From the IMG/VR virus record IMGVR_UViG_3300032007_000015: a stretch of DNA of 64,000 nucleotides, one strand, 5' to 3'. Below the pieces are notes generated by a model. The model did not search any database, was not told the DNA's origin, and was given only the letters and a program-made list of their open reading frames with translations. The DNA comes from a virus. Its lineage: Duplodnaviria; Caudoviricetes. Positions 1 through 9,961 of this stretch are shown in pieces. Position 1 is the first letter of the stretch, and every line of letters starts with the position of its first letter. The position numbers were made by a program, and so were the translations under genes.

Positions 1-1307
1 TTATATCCTTTTTCATTTAATGTCTTAATAATATCAACCATATCATCTGCAATATTTTTAGATTCCTTAACTAAATCATCATCATTGCTATACCAATCAA
101 TATCTTCAACTTTTTCAAATGAATATATATCTAATGTATTTTCTTTTAAAAGTGATTTTGGTACAGGAACTACACCAAAGAATTTTTTACAATCTTTGTT
201 TGTGCATAAATAAACTGGTTCACCCTTACTAAATATACCGATTTTTGAACCACATTTTGGACAAACATCTGGAACTATTTCCCCTTTATCATTCTTTTGT
301 TGTTTTCCTTTAGTAGCCTCTACAAAAAAATCTCTTTCTGCAGATAATAAATTAGTATATTCAGTCATTAATGTATCAATATTATTTCCATTAAGTAAAG
401 ATTCATACATTTTTTTATATAATCTATCTTTCTTTTGTTTAATGGTATTCATTTCATTAATAACTTTTTCACTAAATATTATTGATGAATCGTTAACATC
501 TTCTTCAGTCATAATATTCTTTGAATCTAATGATAAAGAATTATATGCTTCGTTAATATTTTTATTTACTATATCTGATTTTGTTTTTTCTCTATACTTT
601 TCAATAATATCATCTGCCCAAACTCTAATATTTCCAAGTTCTTTTCCAGTTTTTAATGATACTAGAGCATAACAATAATCTTTATGTTTCTGCATTTCGC
701 TATCTATTATTTCAACATATAAATTATTAGCATTTTTATTATTGGCGTTATTATAAAATCTAAATATTGGACGTTCTTTATCATCTTCACCCTTCAAAAC
801 AGCCATTGTACAAACTGAATTATATGTTATTTTTTTCATAAGAGCTGAAATCATATTTAATTTTTTCGTAGTTTCAATTTTATCTTTAAATGGTTTCATG
901 CTAAATTGTTGATATTTTAATTCTGTTGATTTAAATGGAAGTTTATTATTCTCTTCATAAAGTTTTATGGCTTTTCTGATTTTTCCATAATCAATTGATA
1001 GTTTAGTTGATGTAACAGCACTTACTAATCCTACTGTTGTAAAATATCCTATAAAATAAGCTGCAGTTGCAGATTCATTCATATTAGCAACTCTATCTAA
1101 ATCATCAAAAGAATATTCATGAATATCAATTATTTCATTATTAAATTTTGTATTATCTGGTAAATCTATAATTTCAGCATTATCATTATCCATTAAATTT
1201 TCTATATCATTTTTATTTTTAGATATTATTCCTTCTTCACCACCTGTTACTGGAACTACTGGTGCCATATTAGCAATAGAAAATTCTTCAGTAATGTCAT
1301 TATTCAT
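1..1307 (-). CDS. Modular putative virion-internal polyprotein, 3'-truncated by the window edge (not in ORF track)
   Basis: Manual translation from ATG 1307 (SD AAGGAAGG) is open to base 1: MNNDITEE...MNES-ATAAYFIGYFTTVGLV...IRKAIKLYE...KHKDYCYALVSLKTG...INEA...FFVEA-(CPKC...CTNKDC Zn ribbon)-LLKEN...LVKES-KNIADDMV... Confidence 0.8.
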   Translation of the reverse strand, partial: MNNDITEEFSIANMAPVVPVTGGEEGIISKNKNDIENLMDNDNAEIIDLPDNTKFNNEIIDIHEYSFDDLDRVANMNESATAAYFIGYFTTVGLVSAVTSTKLSIDYGKIRKAIKLYEENNKLPFKSTELKYQQFSMKPFKDKIETTKKLNMISALMKKITYNSVCTMAVLKGEDDKERPIFRFYNNANNKNANNLYVEIIDSEMQKHKDYCYALVSLKTGKELGNIRVWADDIIEKYREKTKSDIVNKNINEAYNSLSLDSKNIMTEEDVNDSSIIFSEKVINEMNTIKQKKDRLYKKMYESLLNGNNIDTLMTEYTNLLSAERDFFVEATKGKQQKNDKGEIVPDVCPKCGSKIGIFSKGEPVYLCTNKDCKKFFGVVPVPKSLLKENTLDIYSFEKVEDIDWYSNDDDLVKESKNIADDMVDIIKTLNEKGY

Positions 1308-1312
1308 AAAAT

Positions 1313-1576
1313 TTAACCTTCCTTTCTATTTAAAATTTCTTTTATCTCTTCTTCTTTAAGTAGGCAAAAATAAGGTTGCGATGTATTCGTTGTTACACAA
1401 AGATAATTTATATTACCATCTTTATTAATACTAGAAATTATATTGGCGTTAATATTATCATTATTCAAATCATCATTATTGATTTTTGAACTTTCTATGA
1501 TATTATTATTATAATATTCTGAATTAATTATTTTATCTAATGGTATATTTATATTTGTATTTAAATATTCACTCAT
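1313..1576 (-). CDS. Hypothetical protein
   Basis: 87-aa ORF with SD (GAGGTG) and upstream AACA-N6-TAA motif; stop abuts the SD of the next gene. Confidence 0.6.
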   Translation of the reverse strand: MSEYLNTNINIPLDKIINSEYYNNNIIESSKINNDDLNNDNINANIISSINKDGNINYLCVTTNTSQPYFCLLKEEEIKEILNRKEG

Positions 1577-1625
1577 GTTTTCACCTCACTAAATATATTA
1601 CTTTATATACTGAAAATAAAGTACT

Positions 1626-1638
1626 TTATACCATTGTT
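1626..1638 (-). promoter_or_regulatory. Late promoter motif AACA-N6-TAA
   Basis: AACAATGGTATAA upstream of the 1576/1307 genes. Confidence 0.6.
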
Positions 1639-1710
1639 TTTTATATCTGAATTTTTTAATTATAATATTTTATTTTACGTTATATTAATTATATTATATT
1701 TAAAGGAGAA

Positions 1711-2196
1711 ATGATGCATATGTATACGAAAAAATTATTAAATGAAAAATCTATAGATAAAATGTCAAAACCATATATAATATATGGTATAACATATAGT
1801 GGTGATGTAATTGTAATAGGATATGTTGATAATGTAATAATGGCAAAAGAAGTTGAAAAAATGGTTATTAATAAAATAAATAAAGCTACGATATGTAACT
1901 CAATATGTCCAATGAATGGTCTATCTCTAGTTTCTAATGGTGAAACTAAAAAAGAATTGAAAAAGAAATTACAAACTTTAATGAAGAACGCATACCATAA
2001 TATTAATACAAATAAATCAGAAATAAAATGCGATAAATGTAAATTTAAAAATATTAAAATTAAAGAAACTGAAAATGGATATAAATCATATTGTAAAGCA
2101 GCTACAATAAATGATTTATATTATGATATACATACAATAAAATATGAACCAATTAACAAGGTTTCATCTGATCTTATTCAAGATTTAAAAAGATAA
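1711..2196 (+). CDS. Hypothetical protein with Cys clusters
   Basis: 161-aa ORF, SD AAGGAG, CxxxC and CxxC motifs. Confidence 0.65.
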   Translation: MMHMYTKKLLNEKSIDKMSKPYIIYGITYSGDVIVIGYVDNVIMAKEVEKMVINKINKATICNSICPMNGLSLVSNGETKKELKKKLQTLMKNAYHNINTNKSEIKCDKCKFKNIKIKETENGYKSYCKAATINDLYYDIHTIKYEPINKVSSDLIQDLKR

Positions 2197-2232
2197 AAAA
2201 GTAGTACAGTGAATATTCACTGTACTACTTTT
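2197..2232. terminator. Perfect 36-bp palindrome, probable bidirectional terminator
   Basis: AAAAGTAGTACAGTGAAT|ATTCACTGTACTACTTTT between convergent genes. Confidence 0.75.
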
Positions 2233-2260
2233 ATTATTCATAATAAATCCAAACTCTTTT

Positions 2261-3175
2261 TTATAAATCTCTACCTTTTGTAGTATAAGATGGAGTTGTT
2301 TTATTATATGTGTCATAGTCATATGACTTATCAGCATTACGGTAGTTGATAACACTCTGGTTTTCAATTTTACCTGTTTTCTGATTATATCCTGTTGGTG
2401 TTAATACACCATCAGCTGTACTTACTACATCATCGAGACCAGAGTTAAACTCAAGTGAGTTAACGAGAATCTGATAATTCTGAAGTAATATAGCAGCTTT
2501 AGCATTGATTTCAGCTGATTCATATTTTGTTCCATAGAATTCAACTGTTGTATCAACATACTCGTGGCTGCCTGCATCATAGTTGAACTGGTCGTTTTTA
2601 TATCCCTTAGGGAAGCAGTTACAGAATTGGCAAGCATATTCAACTTTCATACCTGTTCTATCAGTTACAACATATATAAACTCTGCTGTATGGTTAGCCT
2701 GTTTATATGCTAATTTACCATCTTGAATAAGTCCGCCATAATGAGCGAAACCTGATTGTAAATCTGATATACCATTAACCCAGAAGTGAAGTACTTCACG
2801 AATTGGTGAACCAGAGAATTCAAATGTTTTAATTGAAAATCCATTTGTACTATCTGTTGCAAGTGTTGGAATATCGAATTCACGTCCAACATATCCACCT
2901 TTAATCTGTGTACTACTAAGGTCAACATCGTTAATACCTGAAATACCAGTATTACCATACTCTAGGATATGTTTAAATTTATTAAATTCATCACTGAGAA
3001 TCTTATTAAATAAGTTTGGCTTACGAACCATAAATAAACGTCCGTAACCAGTAATCAGTGGGTCATACTGATTTAATGCATCACGAGTAACATTTAATCC
3101 ACCGAGCATTAAACTATATTTTGTAATGTCGGCGTTGTCCGCTTTATGTGCATTTGTCTGAATTGTAACAGCCAT
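2261..3175 (-). CDS. Tail tube protein
   Basis: 304 aa, directly downstream of sheath; tube-like pattern (FSIKTFEFSG, NCFP, FNY...VDTTVEF). Confidence 0.75.
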   Translation of the reverse strand: MAVTIQTNAHKADNADITKYSLMLGGLNVTRDALNQYDPLITGYGRLFMVRKPNLFNKILSDEFNKFKHILEYGNTGISGINDVDLSSTQIKGGYVGREFDIPTLATDSTNGFSIKTFEFSGSPIREVLHFWVNGISDLQSGFAHYGGLIQDGKLAYKQANHTAEFIYVVTDRTGMKVEYACQFCNCFPKGYKNDQFNYDAGSHEYVDTTVEFYGTKYESAEINAKAAILLQNYQILVNSLEFNSGLDDVVSTADGVLTPTGYNQKTGKIENQSVINYRNADKSYDYDTYNKTTPSYTTKGRDL

Positions 3176-3194
3176 AATTTACACACTCCTTTCT

Positions 3195-5279
3195 TTATTC
3201 TGTAGCATTTTCAGTTTCCTCATCATACTGACGTCTATTAACATCAATTTCAAGGATTGTCTGTTTTGCTAATGGTCTAAATGTAACTGCAAGATATGCA
3301 TGTACAATAGATCTGTTATATTCAAATTCGTTAACTTTATACTGAATATCTAATGACTCAAGTTCTTTACCAACCATACTACGATATTTCTGCTTAATAT
3401 ACTGAGCAAAATCTGTTCTGGTTGTTGCTGAAGTAAATTTATAATGCTGGTCTCTAGCATCTTCTTCAACATGTCTCTTTAACCACATAAGAACACTTAC
3501 ATTATTTTCTTCAAGTAAATCAGAATCTTCCTCTTGGAAAGTATTCTGTGTTGCACGAACAAATGTATCTTCATCAACACATTCAAAATAGTTAAATCTG
3601 CTTAAATATAATCTATCCATTAAATCTTTTTCATATAATTCAACAGATGGTTTAAGTGAATTTCTAATATGTCCTGATAATGTGCAATATTCATTAACCA
3701 TTGGAATATGTCTACCATTATTAATAACATGTGATGGATGACGTAAAGCAAGATAATATGTTGTTGTTACAGCTACACGTTTTCCTGTAGATGATTCTTT
3801 AATCTTATAATCCTGTAAGTTCATAGAGATTAATTTAGAAGCAAATACTTTGTACTGCTCATCCATACTATTAATAGTATCATCAAATATACCTTCCATT
3901 GAATTTACATCAGACTCTGTTAATGTATCCATAATACCTGCATCCATATAACAAATAGCGTCTTTTCTGAATAATGCTAATTTAACAAGACATTTCTTTA
4001 CAGAAATATCATAGTTAGCATCAAATAATGCTTCAGCCTGAATACGTCTAGGAGCCATAATTAATTTATCATATTCTCCACTAAATGCTTTGATATATGC
4101 TTCATTAATAGCCTGAGTTCTAGCTTCAGAATCATTAGAAGCATCAAATGCACCATCTGTACCACCATTTAATGCATTACCTGTAACATCATCAACATAA
4201 ATGAATTTCTCATCTGTGATGTTAGCTTCTTTCTTTGGATCAGGAACAGATGTATATTTAGTTGCATCGAAATCTTCTGCTTCCTGATTAATTTCATCTG
4301 TTAACTGTTCAACAAATGTAATATATGGCTGATTAGCAGCAACTTTAACTTTGTTTCTAGCTATATCTTTACCGAATAATGGGTCAAATTCATCTAAAGA
4401 TGGAATTACAACTGATTCAAGAGGATTATCATCTTTAACTTCTTTACAGAATTTAACATATTCGTCATACATTGCTTCAATATTTTCTTCAAATACATGA
4501 ATATATACTGGAGCCAATCCAATAGTTACATCTTCAAGAACATCATTGATTAATGTAGCTTCTGTTGTTTTTGATGATGTTGTTAATCCACCAACATATC
4601 TTGCAATTGTTTCAGAACCATTTTCAGTATCAATAATTTCAAAAGAATATAATTTAACACCATACTTCTTTTCGTATTCTGTGTTTAATGCAATTCTCCA
4701 TCTTATATTATTACCATACTTACCTCTACCATCTGAATTAACAACCATAAATGGAACCTGAGTATATCCTTCAGTATCTTTATAAACACCACCAACATCA
4801 GCACCATCTAATTTTAATCCACCCTTTCTGATAGATTCAATATTAGTAAGGTCGACATCTCCACCATTTGCAAGTGCTTTTGATGTCATTTTAATATTAA
4901 ATTTCTTATTTTCTTTATCTGCCTTATACCAGAGTGAAACAACTGCATGAGAGTATGTTGCATCTTCAGGCATAACACGCATACACCAAACGTTTGTGTT
5001 TGGATTTGATAAAAGAGCTTCTGCCATCATAAATGGCTGACCATAAAGTTTATAATTAGAATAACCATAAGCTGAATGGAATGAACTTAAAGCACTTTTA
5101 CGTATTAATTTATTATCTACACCCTTACTTGATGTAAAAACAGCGATATAATTAAGATTCTCAATTGTTGAATTAGAAATAGCATCATCATCAAGTGTAT
5201 TTCTAACAGTATTATCATTGAGAACAGTCTTTACGTAAGGATATGAGTAATCTGGTACGATTTGTACTGTATTAGGCAT
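3195..5279 (-). CDS. Contractile tail sheath protein
   Basis: 694 aa; sheath-like N-terminus (YGQP, VWCMRV), GxYGN, NGGTDG, C-terminal beta-strand signature LAVTFRPLAKQTILEIDV. Confidence 0.85.
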   Translation of the reverse strand: MPNTVQIVPDYSYPYVKTVLNDNTVRNTLDDDAISNSTIENLNYIAVFTSSKGVDNKLIRKSALSSFHSAYGYSNYKLYGQPFMMAEALLSNPNTNVWCMRVMPEDATYSHAVVSLWYKADKENKKFNIKMTSKALANGGDVDLTNIESIRKGGLKLDGADVGGVYKDTEGYTQVPFMVVNSDGRGKYGNNIRWRIALNTEYEKKYGVKLYSFEIIDTENGSETIARYVGGLTTSSKTTEATLINDVLEDVTIGLAPVYIHVFEENIEAMYDEYVKFCKEVKDDNPLESVVIPSLDEFDPLFGKDIARNKVKVAANQPYITFVEQLTDEINQEAEDFDATKYTSVPDPKKEANITDEKFIYVDDVTGNALNGGTDGAFDASNDSEARTQAINEAYIKAFSGEYDKLIMAPRRIQAEALFDANYDISVKKCLVKLALFRKDAICYMDAGIMDTLTESDVNSMEGIFDDTINSMDEQYKVFASKLISMNLQDYKIKESSTGKRVAVTTTYYLALRHPSHVINNGRHIPMVNEYCTLSGHIRNSLKPSVELYEKDLMDRLYLSRFNYFECVDEDTFVRATQNTFQEEDSDLLEENNVSVLMWLKRHVEEDARDQHYKFTSATTRTDFAQYIKQKYRSMVGKELESLDIQYKVNEFEYNRSIVHAYLAVTFRPLAKQTILEIDVNRRQYDEETENATE

Positions 5280-5375
5280 AATTAAAGACCTCCTTTTTTG
5301 AAAAATGTATTTCTTATTTATAATTATTGTTTTTAAATAATAGGGAATTCTTGCTATGAAGAATACATATCATTT

Positions 5376-5388
5376 TTAATTATTTGTT
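5376..5388 (-). promoter_or_regulatory. Late promoter motif AACA-N6-TAA (sheath-tube operon)
   Basis: AACAAATAATTAA. Confidence 0.65.
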
Positions 5389-5464
5389 TTTTATATAAAA
5401 TAATGAAACTTTAGAAAATAATATATTCATAAACAATATATCCTTCAGAACCCAAATATTAAAG

Positions 5465-5477
5465 AACAAATATTTAA
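5465..5477 (+). promoter_or_regulatory. Late promoter motif AACA-N6-TAA
   Basis: AACAAATATTTAA about 30 nt before ATG 5507. Confidence 0.6.
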
Positions 5478-5506
5478 AAAATTTTATTGTGAGGTGAGAA
5501 ATATAA

Positions 5507-6157
5507 ATGAATAATCAGATAATATCATACCTGAATCATTTTCAATTAGGTACCGCACTAGTTATTATTACTGGATTTATTAGTGGAATATTTGCTTTTT
5601 ATAAAAAAGCAAAAAAATATAAAACTATGTATGATAATGAAATGAGAGGTAAAATAATTAAAGAAGAACACGAAGAAAATGACGAAGAAAACTATAAGAA
5701 AAAAGTTGATGACGTATGTTCAAATATAGAAATCATAACAAAATCTATAGAACAAATGAGTGATGACATTAAACAGTTTGAATCTAATGTCAAAAATGAA
5801 CTTAAAGAGAATGCTAGTTTAAATAAGAAAAATATTGATTCACTTAGTTTAGAAATAGAAAAGCATACTGTTGCATTAAACAAGGTAGAATTGTCATTAG
5901 ACTCTACAAATAAAAATGTGTCATTATTAATAGAATCTGATAAAGAAGATATTAAAGCATATATAACCGATGAATATAACAAATGGAGTGAAAAAGAATA
6001 TATAGACTTGATATCACTCCAATCTATAGAAGCACGATATGCTAAATATGTTGAAGAGAAGGGAAATGGTTTTGTTAAAAAACTAATGACTGAAATTCGA
6101 AATCTTCCAACAGAACCACCAAATAAACATAAAAATGATAATAAAGAAGATAGTTGA
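5507..6157 (+). CDS. Membrane-anchored coiled-coil protein, possibly holin-associated
   Basis: N-terminal TM helix, coiled coil, C-terminal YxxYxxxxGNG...IxxLP motif of the kind seen in Firmicute phage lysis-region proteins. Confidence 0.5.
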   Translation: MNNQIISYLNHFQLGTALVIITGFISGIFAFYKKAKKYKTMYDNEMRGKIIKEEHEENDEENYKKKVDDVCSNIEIITKSIEQMSDDIKQFESNVKNELKENASLNKKNIDSLSLEIEKHTVALNKVELSLDSTNKNVSLLIESDKEDIKAYITDEYNKWSEKEYIDLISLQSIEARYAKYVEEKGNGFVKKLMTEIRNLPTEPPNKHKNDNKEDS

Positions 6158-6177
6158 CAAATGTCAACTATCTTCTT
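6144..6177. terminator. 16-bp-arm inverted repeat spanning both convergent stop codons
   Basis: AAGAAGATAGTTGACA-AA-TGTCAACTATCTTCTT. Confidence 0.7.
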
Positions 6178-6904
6178 CTTTTGTCATTCTTAATTTATAA
6201 AATCTATCTTTCATTTTATAAATATTTTTATTTGATGCTAAATCTTGTAATTCTTCTAGATGCTCTCGATAATATTCATTATATTTGGGTAATGTCAACA
6301 ATGCTAATTGTAATGAATTAAAAGTACCAGATTCATATGCATAAATATATCGTAATGTATTATTTAATGGGAAACAACCATCATATGCATATGTAAAAAT
6401 ATTATAAGGATATACTGGAAATATCACAGGACAAACTCTACTTACATTTACGATATTATCAGGTTCGTTTTCAAAAAGTATACTTATTTCATTAGCGACA
6501 CAAGTTTTTGCTTTATCTTGACAACCGAAAAACATATTTTCGGGCTCTATAGGTATTTTATTTAAATGAAACCATTTTATTGTATCTTGATACATTAATT
6601 CTCCAGTATATGCTGTTTTATTATAATTTCTATCTCTTTTTGTAATTATAAAAAGTTCAAATCCAAATTCTATAAGTACTGTCATGAATTCTTTAATATA
6701 TAACATCGGTGGTACTGAATTTACTACTCTTGGAAATGAAAAACTTTCATATTCTTCTTTATACCTATTATTATTTGATATAAATTCATCTTTTGTTATT
6801 CCTTTCATCTTTATAAATTCAGAAGTAAGAGAATAATTATAAATTCCAACAGCGTTTGTTATAGTATCATCTATATCAAAAGCAATTCTGATATTTTTAT
6901 TCAT
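6164..6904 (-). CDS. HAD-superfamily 5'(3')-deoxyribonucleotidase-like protein
   Basis: IAFDIDDT motif I, IITKR motif II, DK motif III, ILFEN motif IV variant. Confidence 0.75.
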   Translation of the reverse strand: MNKNIRIAFDIDDTITNAVGIYNYSLTSEFIKMKGITKDEFISNNNRYKEEYESFSFPRVVNSVPPMLYIKEFMTVLIEFGFELFIITKRDRNYNKTAYTGELMYQDTIKWFHLNKIPIEPENMFFGCQDKAKTCVANEISILFENEPDNIVNVSRVCPVIFPVYPYNIFTYAYDGCFPLNNTLRYIYAYESGTFNSLQLALLTLPKYNEYYREHLEELQDLASNKNIYKMKDRFYKLRMTKEEDS

Positions 6905-7148
6905 TTTTTGATTCCTCCTCTACTTTAGATAATTTAATAATCACATTATGAATAATATTATGTAATATTAAATTTACACATCCGAGCATCACATAAAATA
7001 AATATATATTATATTTCTCACCAAAATTATTCAATGTGAATAATGAAAACAAAAATTCAATTCCTATAAATAATAAAAATGTTGATATTATTAAAAATAC
7101 AAATTTTAAGAATATAAGAAATTTAATTTTTTTATACTTTTTTACCAT
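6897..7148 (-). CDS. Small membrane protein (2 TM)
   Basis: Two hydrophobic segments; likely start at MVKK after SD AAGGAG. Confidence 0.55.
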   Translation of the reverse strand: MVKKYKKIKFLIFLKFVFLIISTFLLFIGIEFLFSLFTLNNFGEKYNIYLFYVMLGCVNLILHNIIHNVIIKLSKVEEESKNE

Positions 7149-7183
7149 ATAAATAACTCCTTTCATCATTAAATATTATTAAA

Positions 7184-7196
7184 AACAAGTTTTTAA
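7184..7196 (+). promoter_or_regulatory. Late promoter motif AACA-N6-TAA
   Basis: AACAAGTTTTTAA. Confidence 0.6.
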
Positions 7197-7233
7197 TAAT
7201 ATTATTAAATATGAAAAAGGCTGGTGAAATAAA

Positions 7234-8478
7234 GTGTTTTTTAATGAAAACTTTAATGAAAGTTCATCATTTATGTTTGATGAATTATTTATGGAAGCTA
7301 ATGGTGAATTACATATAATGAAAGATTATCTTGCCCCAATAGTTGATGGAACTCTTGCAGATCCACAAAAAGATAGAACTTTTAAAAAAGAAATAGGTAA
7401 TTATATAAATAGAAATATAACAAAATTAACAGAAGCTGGACCAATGGATTTAATTCCATTTGGTGATGATGATAAACGAATATTTTTCAGTATATTTAAT
7501 TTAGATTCAAACGATGTCATAAGTAAAACAAAAGAAATGACAAAAGTATTAAATTCAAATGCTAAAGATTTTAAATATCTTCATGGTAATCCTGTTTTGT
7601 TTTTATTTTATTTTTGTATACGATATTATTATATGAAGCGTGATGTTAAAGGACTCAATTCAGCATTATCTATTTATGCATTAGCTGTATATCCATCTGT
7701 ATTTAATATGAGTTTTAAATATGGTGTTAAACGTCCAGTTATGCAATATACAATGGATAATTTGACTGATAAATTCTTAATGAAGAAAAAAGGAAATCTT
7801 TTTGCTACATTAGTTGAAAGTATTCAAAGAAGTTTTAAGTTCTTACAATCTGAATTTAATGAAGCATATGATACTGAAATTGTACGTTTTATTCAGCGTA
7901 TTCATAATGACCAAAAATCAATGATAAAAAAAATAGCTACTGAATATTATAAAAATAATGCTAAAGGATTAGCTGTTTCAATAACAAATGATACTTATGA
8001 TGATGATACACCTATTTTAGATGATGTTACAAATGCAACATCACAAGTTGAAAATATATCAAGACGAATATTATTACCAATATTAACAAATGGTGTTGAT
8101 ATTAAACGTGCTGAAGCAGCTGCTAAAATATGTGGAATTGGTGTTAGTGATTGTAGATATTATTTGACGTTAATACTTGTTGATAAAAATAGCGATAGTT
8201 TACAAAAGTTTTTAGAAGCAGTATTATTTTTATATCTTTATGATGAACATAAGTCTCCACAAAATATAAATAGTTCATATTTTTTAACATGGGGTATGGC
8301 TATGTTTAAAAAGACTAATTCTAATAATAAAAATATAAAATTAATAAAATCAACTCTTGATAAATGGGCTGAAGCATCTGGTATACATAATAAATATACA
8401 AGAGAAGCTTCAAGAGTAAATTATAAAAAAGCTATATTTTTATATATACTTCTTTCAATTCAAAAATATAATAATTAA
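7234..8478 (+). CDS. Probable virion protein with acidic propeptide, function unknown
   Basis: 414 aa, GTG start with GGTGA SD; N-terminus carries FNES and FMEA sites; late promoter motif upstream. Confidence 0.6.
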   Translation: MFFNENFNESSSFMFDELFMEANGELHIMKDYLAPIVDGTLADPQKDRTFKKEIGNYINRNITKLTEAGPMDLIPFGDDDKRIFFSIFNLDSNDVISKTKEMTKVLNSNAKDFKYLHGNPVLFLFYFCIRYYYMKRDVKGLNSALSIYALAVYPSVFNMSFKYGVKRPVMQYTMDNLTDKFLMKKKGNLFATLVESIQRSFKFLQSEFNEAYDTEIVRFIQRIHNDQKSMIKKIATEYYKNNAKGLAVSITNDTYDDDTPILDDVTNATSQVENISRRILLPILTNGVDIKRAEAAAKICGIGVSDCRYYLTLILVDKNSDSLQKFLEAVLFLYLYDEHKSPQNINSSYFLTWGMAMFKKTNSNNKNIKLIKSTLDKWAEASGIHNKYTREASRVNYKKAIFLYILLSIQKYNN

Positions 8479-8547
8479 TAGTGATAGATAAGAAAATAAT
8501 ACCAAATAGTATTATTTTCTTATCATTTTTTCATTATTTTATATAAA

Positions 8548-8560
8548 AACAAATAATTAA
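8548..8560 (+). promoter_or_regulatory. Late promoter motif AACA-N6-TAA
   Basis: AACAAATAATTAA. Confidence 0.6.
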
Positions 8561-8588
8561 ATATTATAAAAAGAAAGGTGGTATATAC

Positions 8589-9887
8589 ATGTATAATATT
8601 ATGTATGAAAATATGATGGATATTCAGGATGATGCAATTACTGGATACTTGGGTACACTTAATGATTGTGTACTATGTATGGAATCTTGTATTGAATCTG
8701 ATGATGATGATATGTTATATGAAATTACCGAATCAGTAGCAGATGTTCTTAGTAACATATACAATGCAATTGTACAAATTTTTACAACTATTAGAGATGG
8801 ATTTTTATCATTTTTTAAGAAAAATGAAAAAAAAGAAAAAGAACTCGCAGAACAGATCCAAAAAAATCCTCAAGCTGCTAAACAAAAAATAAAAGTTGTT
8901 GATCAGAAGAAGCTTGAGGATGCCTATAATGAAGGTAAAAAGAAACTTGAGAATGGTGAAGACTATGAAACAGTTCATAAAGAATATAAGAAAAAGAGCA
9001 CAAAACTTATTAAAGGTGTTGCAATTACAGGAGCTGTTATAACAGTCGGTGCTGGATTTTATGCATATGGAAAACATAAAAATACACAAATTAAAAAAGC
9101 TGAAAATGACGTATTTGTTTATAAAAAAATTGCTGCTTCTAGAAGAAAAGCTCTTGACGCTGAGATGCGTAAAAATAGAGAATTAGAAGATAATAATAAA
9201 GCATTATATGATTATGGTAAGATGGCTCAACAAGAAATAACTTCACTTAGAAAAGATTTAAATGTAGCAGAAAATTTATCTAGTAAATTACAAGGTGATG
9301 TTGATAAGTTATCTGAAAAAATTCAGAGTTTAACTAAAACCGGTTTAAATAAAGATAAACAAATTAATTCTTTACAGGTAGAATTAAATAAAAAAGTTGA
9401 TCAACTTCAAAAAGCTAGAAGAACTGAGGGTGAATTTAGAAAGAAGTATTCAATTGCTTCAAAAAAATATAATACTGTAATGAATTCTGCTAAACACGAT
9501 GCCGAATTTGGTACACATGGTGTTGCTAATAGACTTGCTCATGATGCTAACGTTGCTGCTAAAAATGCAAAGAATCATGAAAATCAATTAGCTGCAAATA
9601 AGGCTAAAAAAGATAAAATGAACGCATCATCTGTTATTGGACAATATCAGAAAGATGCTGAGATTCAGCAGAAGATTGCAAGATTAAATAGAGAATTTGC
9701 TATTGATATGCAGTCTGCTAATAGTCTTATGCTTAGTGAAATGGCTAATGCAATGAATAAAGCTAAAAATAATGAACCTGCATTAAATATTAATATGGGT
9801 AACATAAAAGTTGGTGCTATGAATAAAGCATTAGATCAAAAGACACAAACGCCGAATATGCGTGGTAGACTAAAAGAAATTGTATAA
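8589..9887 (+). CDS. Putative internal head protein (paralog family)
   Basis: Acidic propeptide (CMES, CIES, ITES), amphipathic helix, Gly/Ala hydrophobic segment GVAITGAVITVGAG, long coiled coil. Confidence 0.6.
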   Translation: MYNIMYENMMDIQDDAITGYLGTLNDCVLCMESCIESDDDDMLYEITESVADVLSNIYNAIVQIFTTIRDGFLSFFKKNEKKEKELAEQIQKNPQAAKQKIKVVDQKKLEDAYNEGKKKLENGEDYETVHKEYKKKSTKLIKGVAITGAVITVGAGFYAYGKHKNTQIKKAENDVFVYKKIAASRRKALDAEMRKNRELEDNNKALYDYGKMAQQEITSLRKDLNVAENLSSKLQGDVDKLSEKIQSLTKTGLNKDKQINSLQVELNKKVDQLQKARRTEGEFRKKYSIASKKYNTVMNSAKHDAEFGTHGVANRLAHDANVAAKNAKNHENQLAANKAKKDKMNASSVIGQYQKDAEIQQKIARLNREFAIDMQSANSLMLSEMANAMNKAKNNEPALNINMGNIKVGAMNKALDQKTQTPNMRGRLKEIV

Positions 9888-9925
9888 ATAAATTTATATT
9901 CTTTTTCAACTTTTAATATATAAAA

Positions 9926-9961
9926 ATAAGATAGTATGGAAAAATCCATACTATCTTATTT
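9926..9961. terminator. Hairpin, near-identical to the one at 11159-11195
   Basis: ATAAGATAGTATGGA-AAAA-TCCATACTATCTTAT. Confidence 0.7.

Noticed and set aside
442-672. 76-aa plus-strand ORF
   Set aside because: Antisense shadow of the long minus-strand ORF 1-1307
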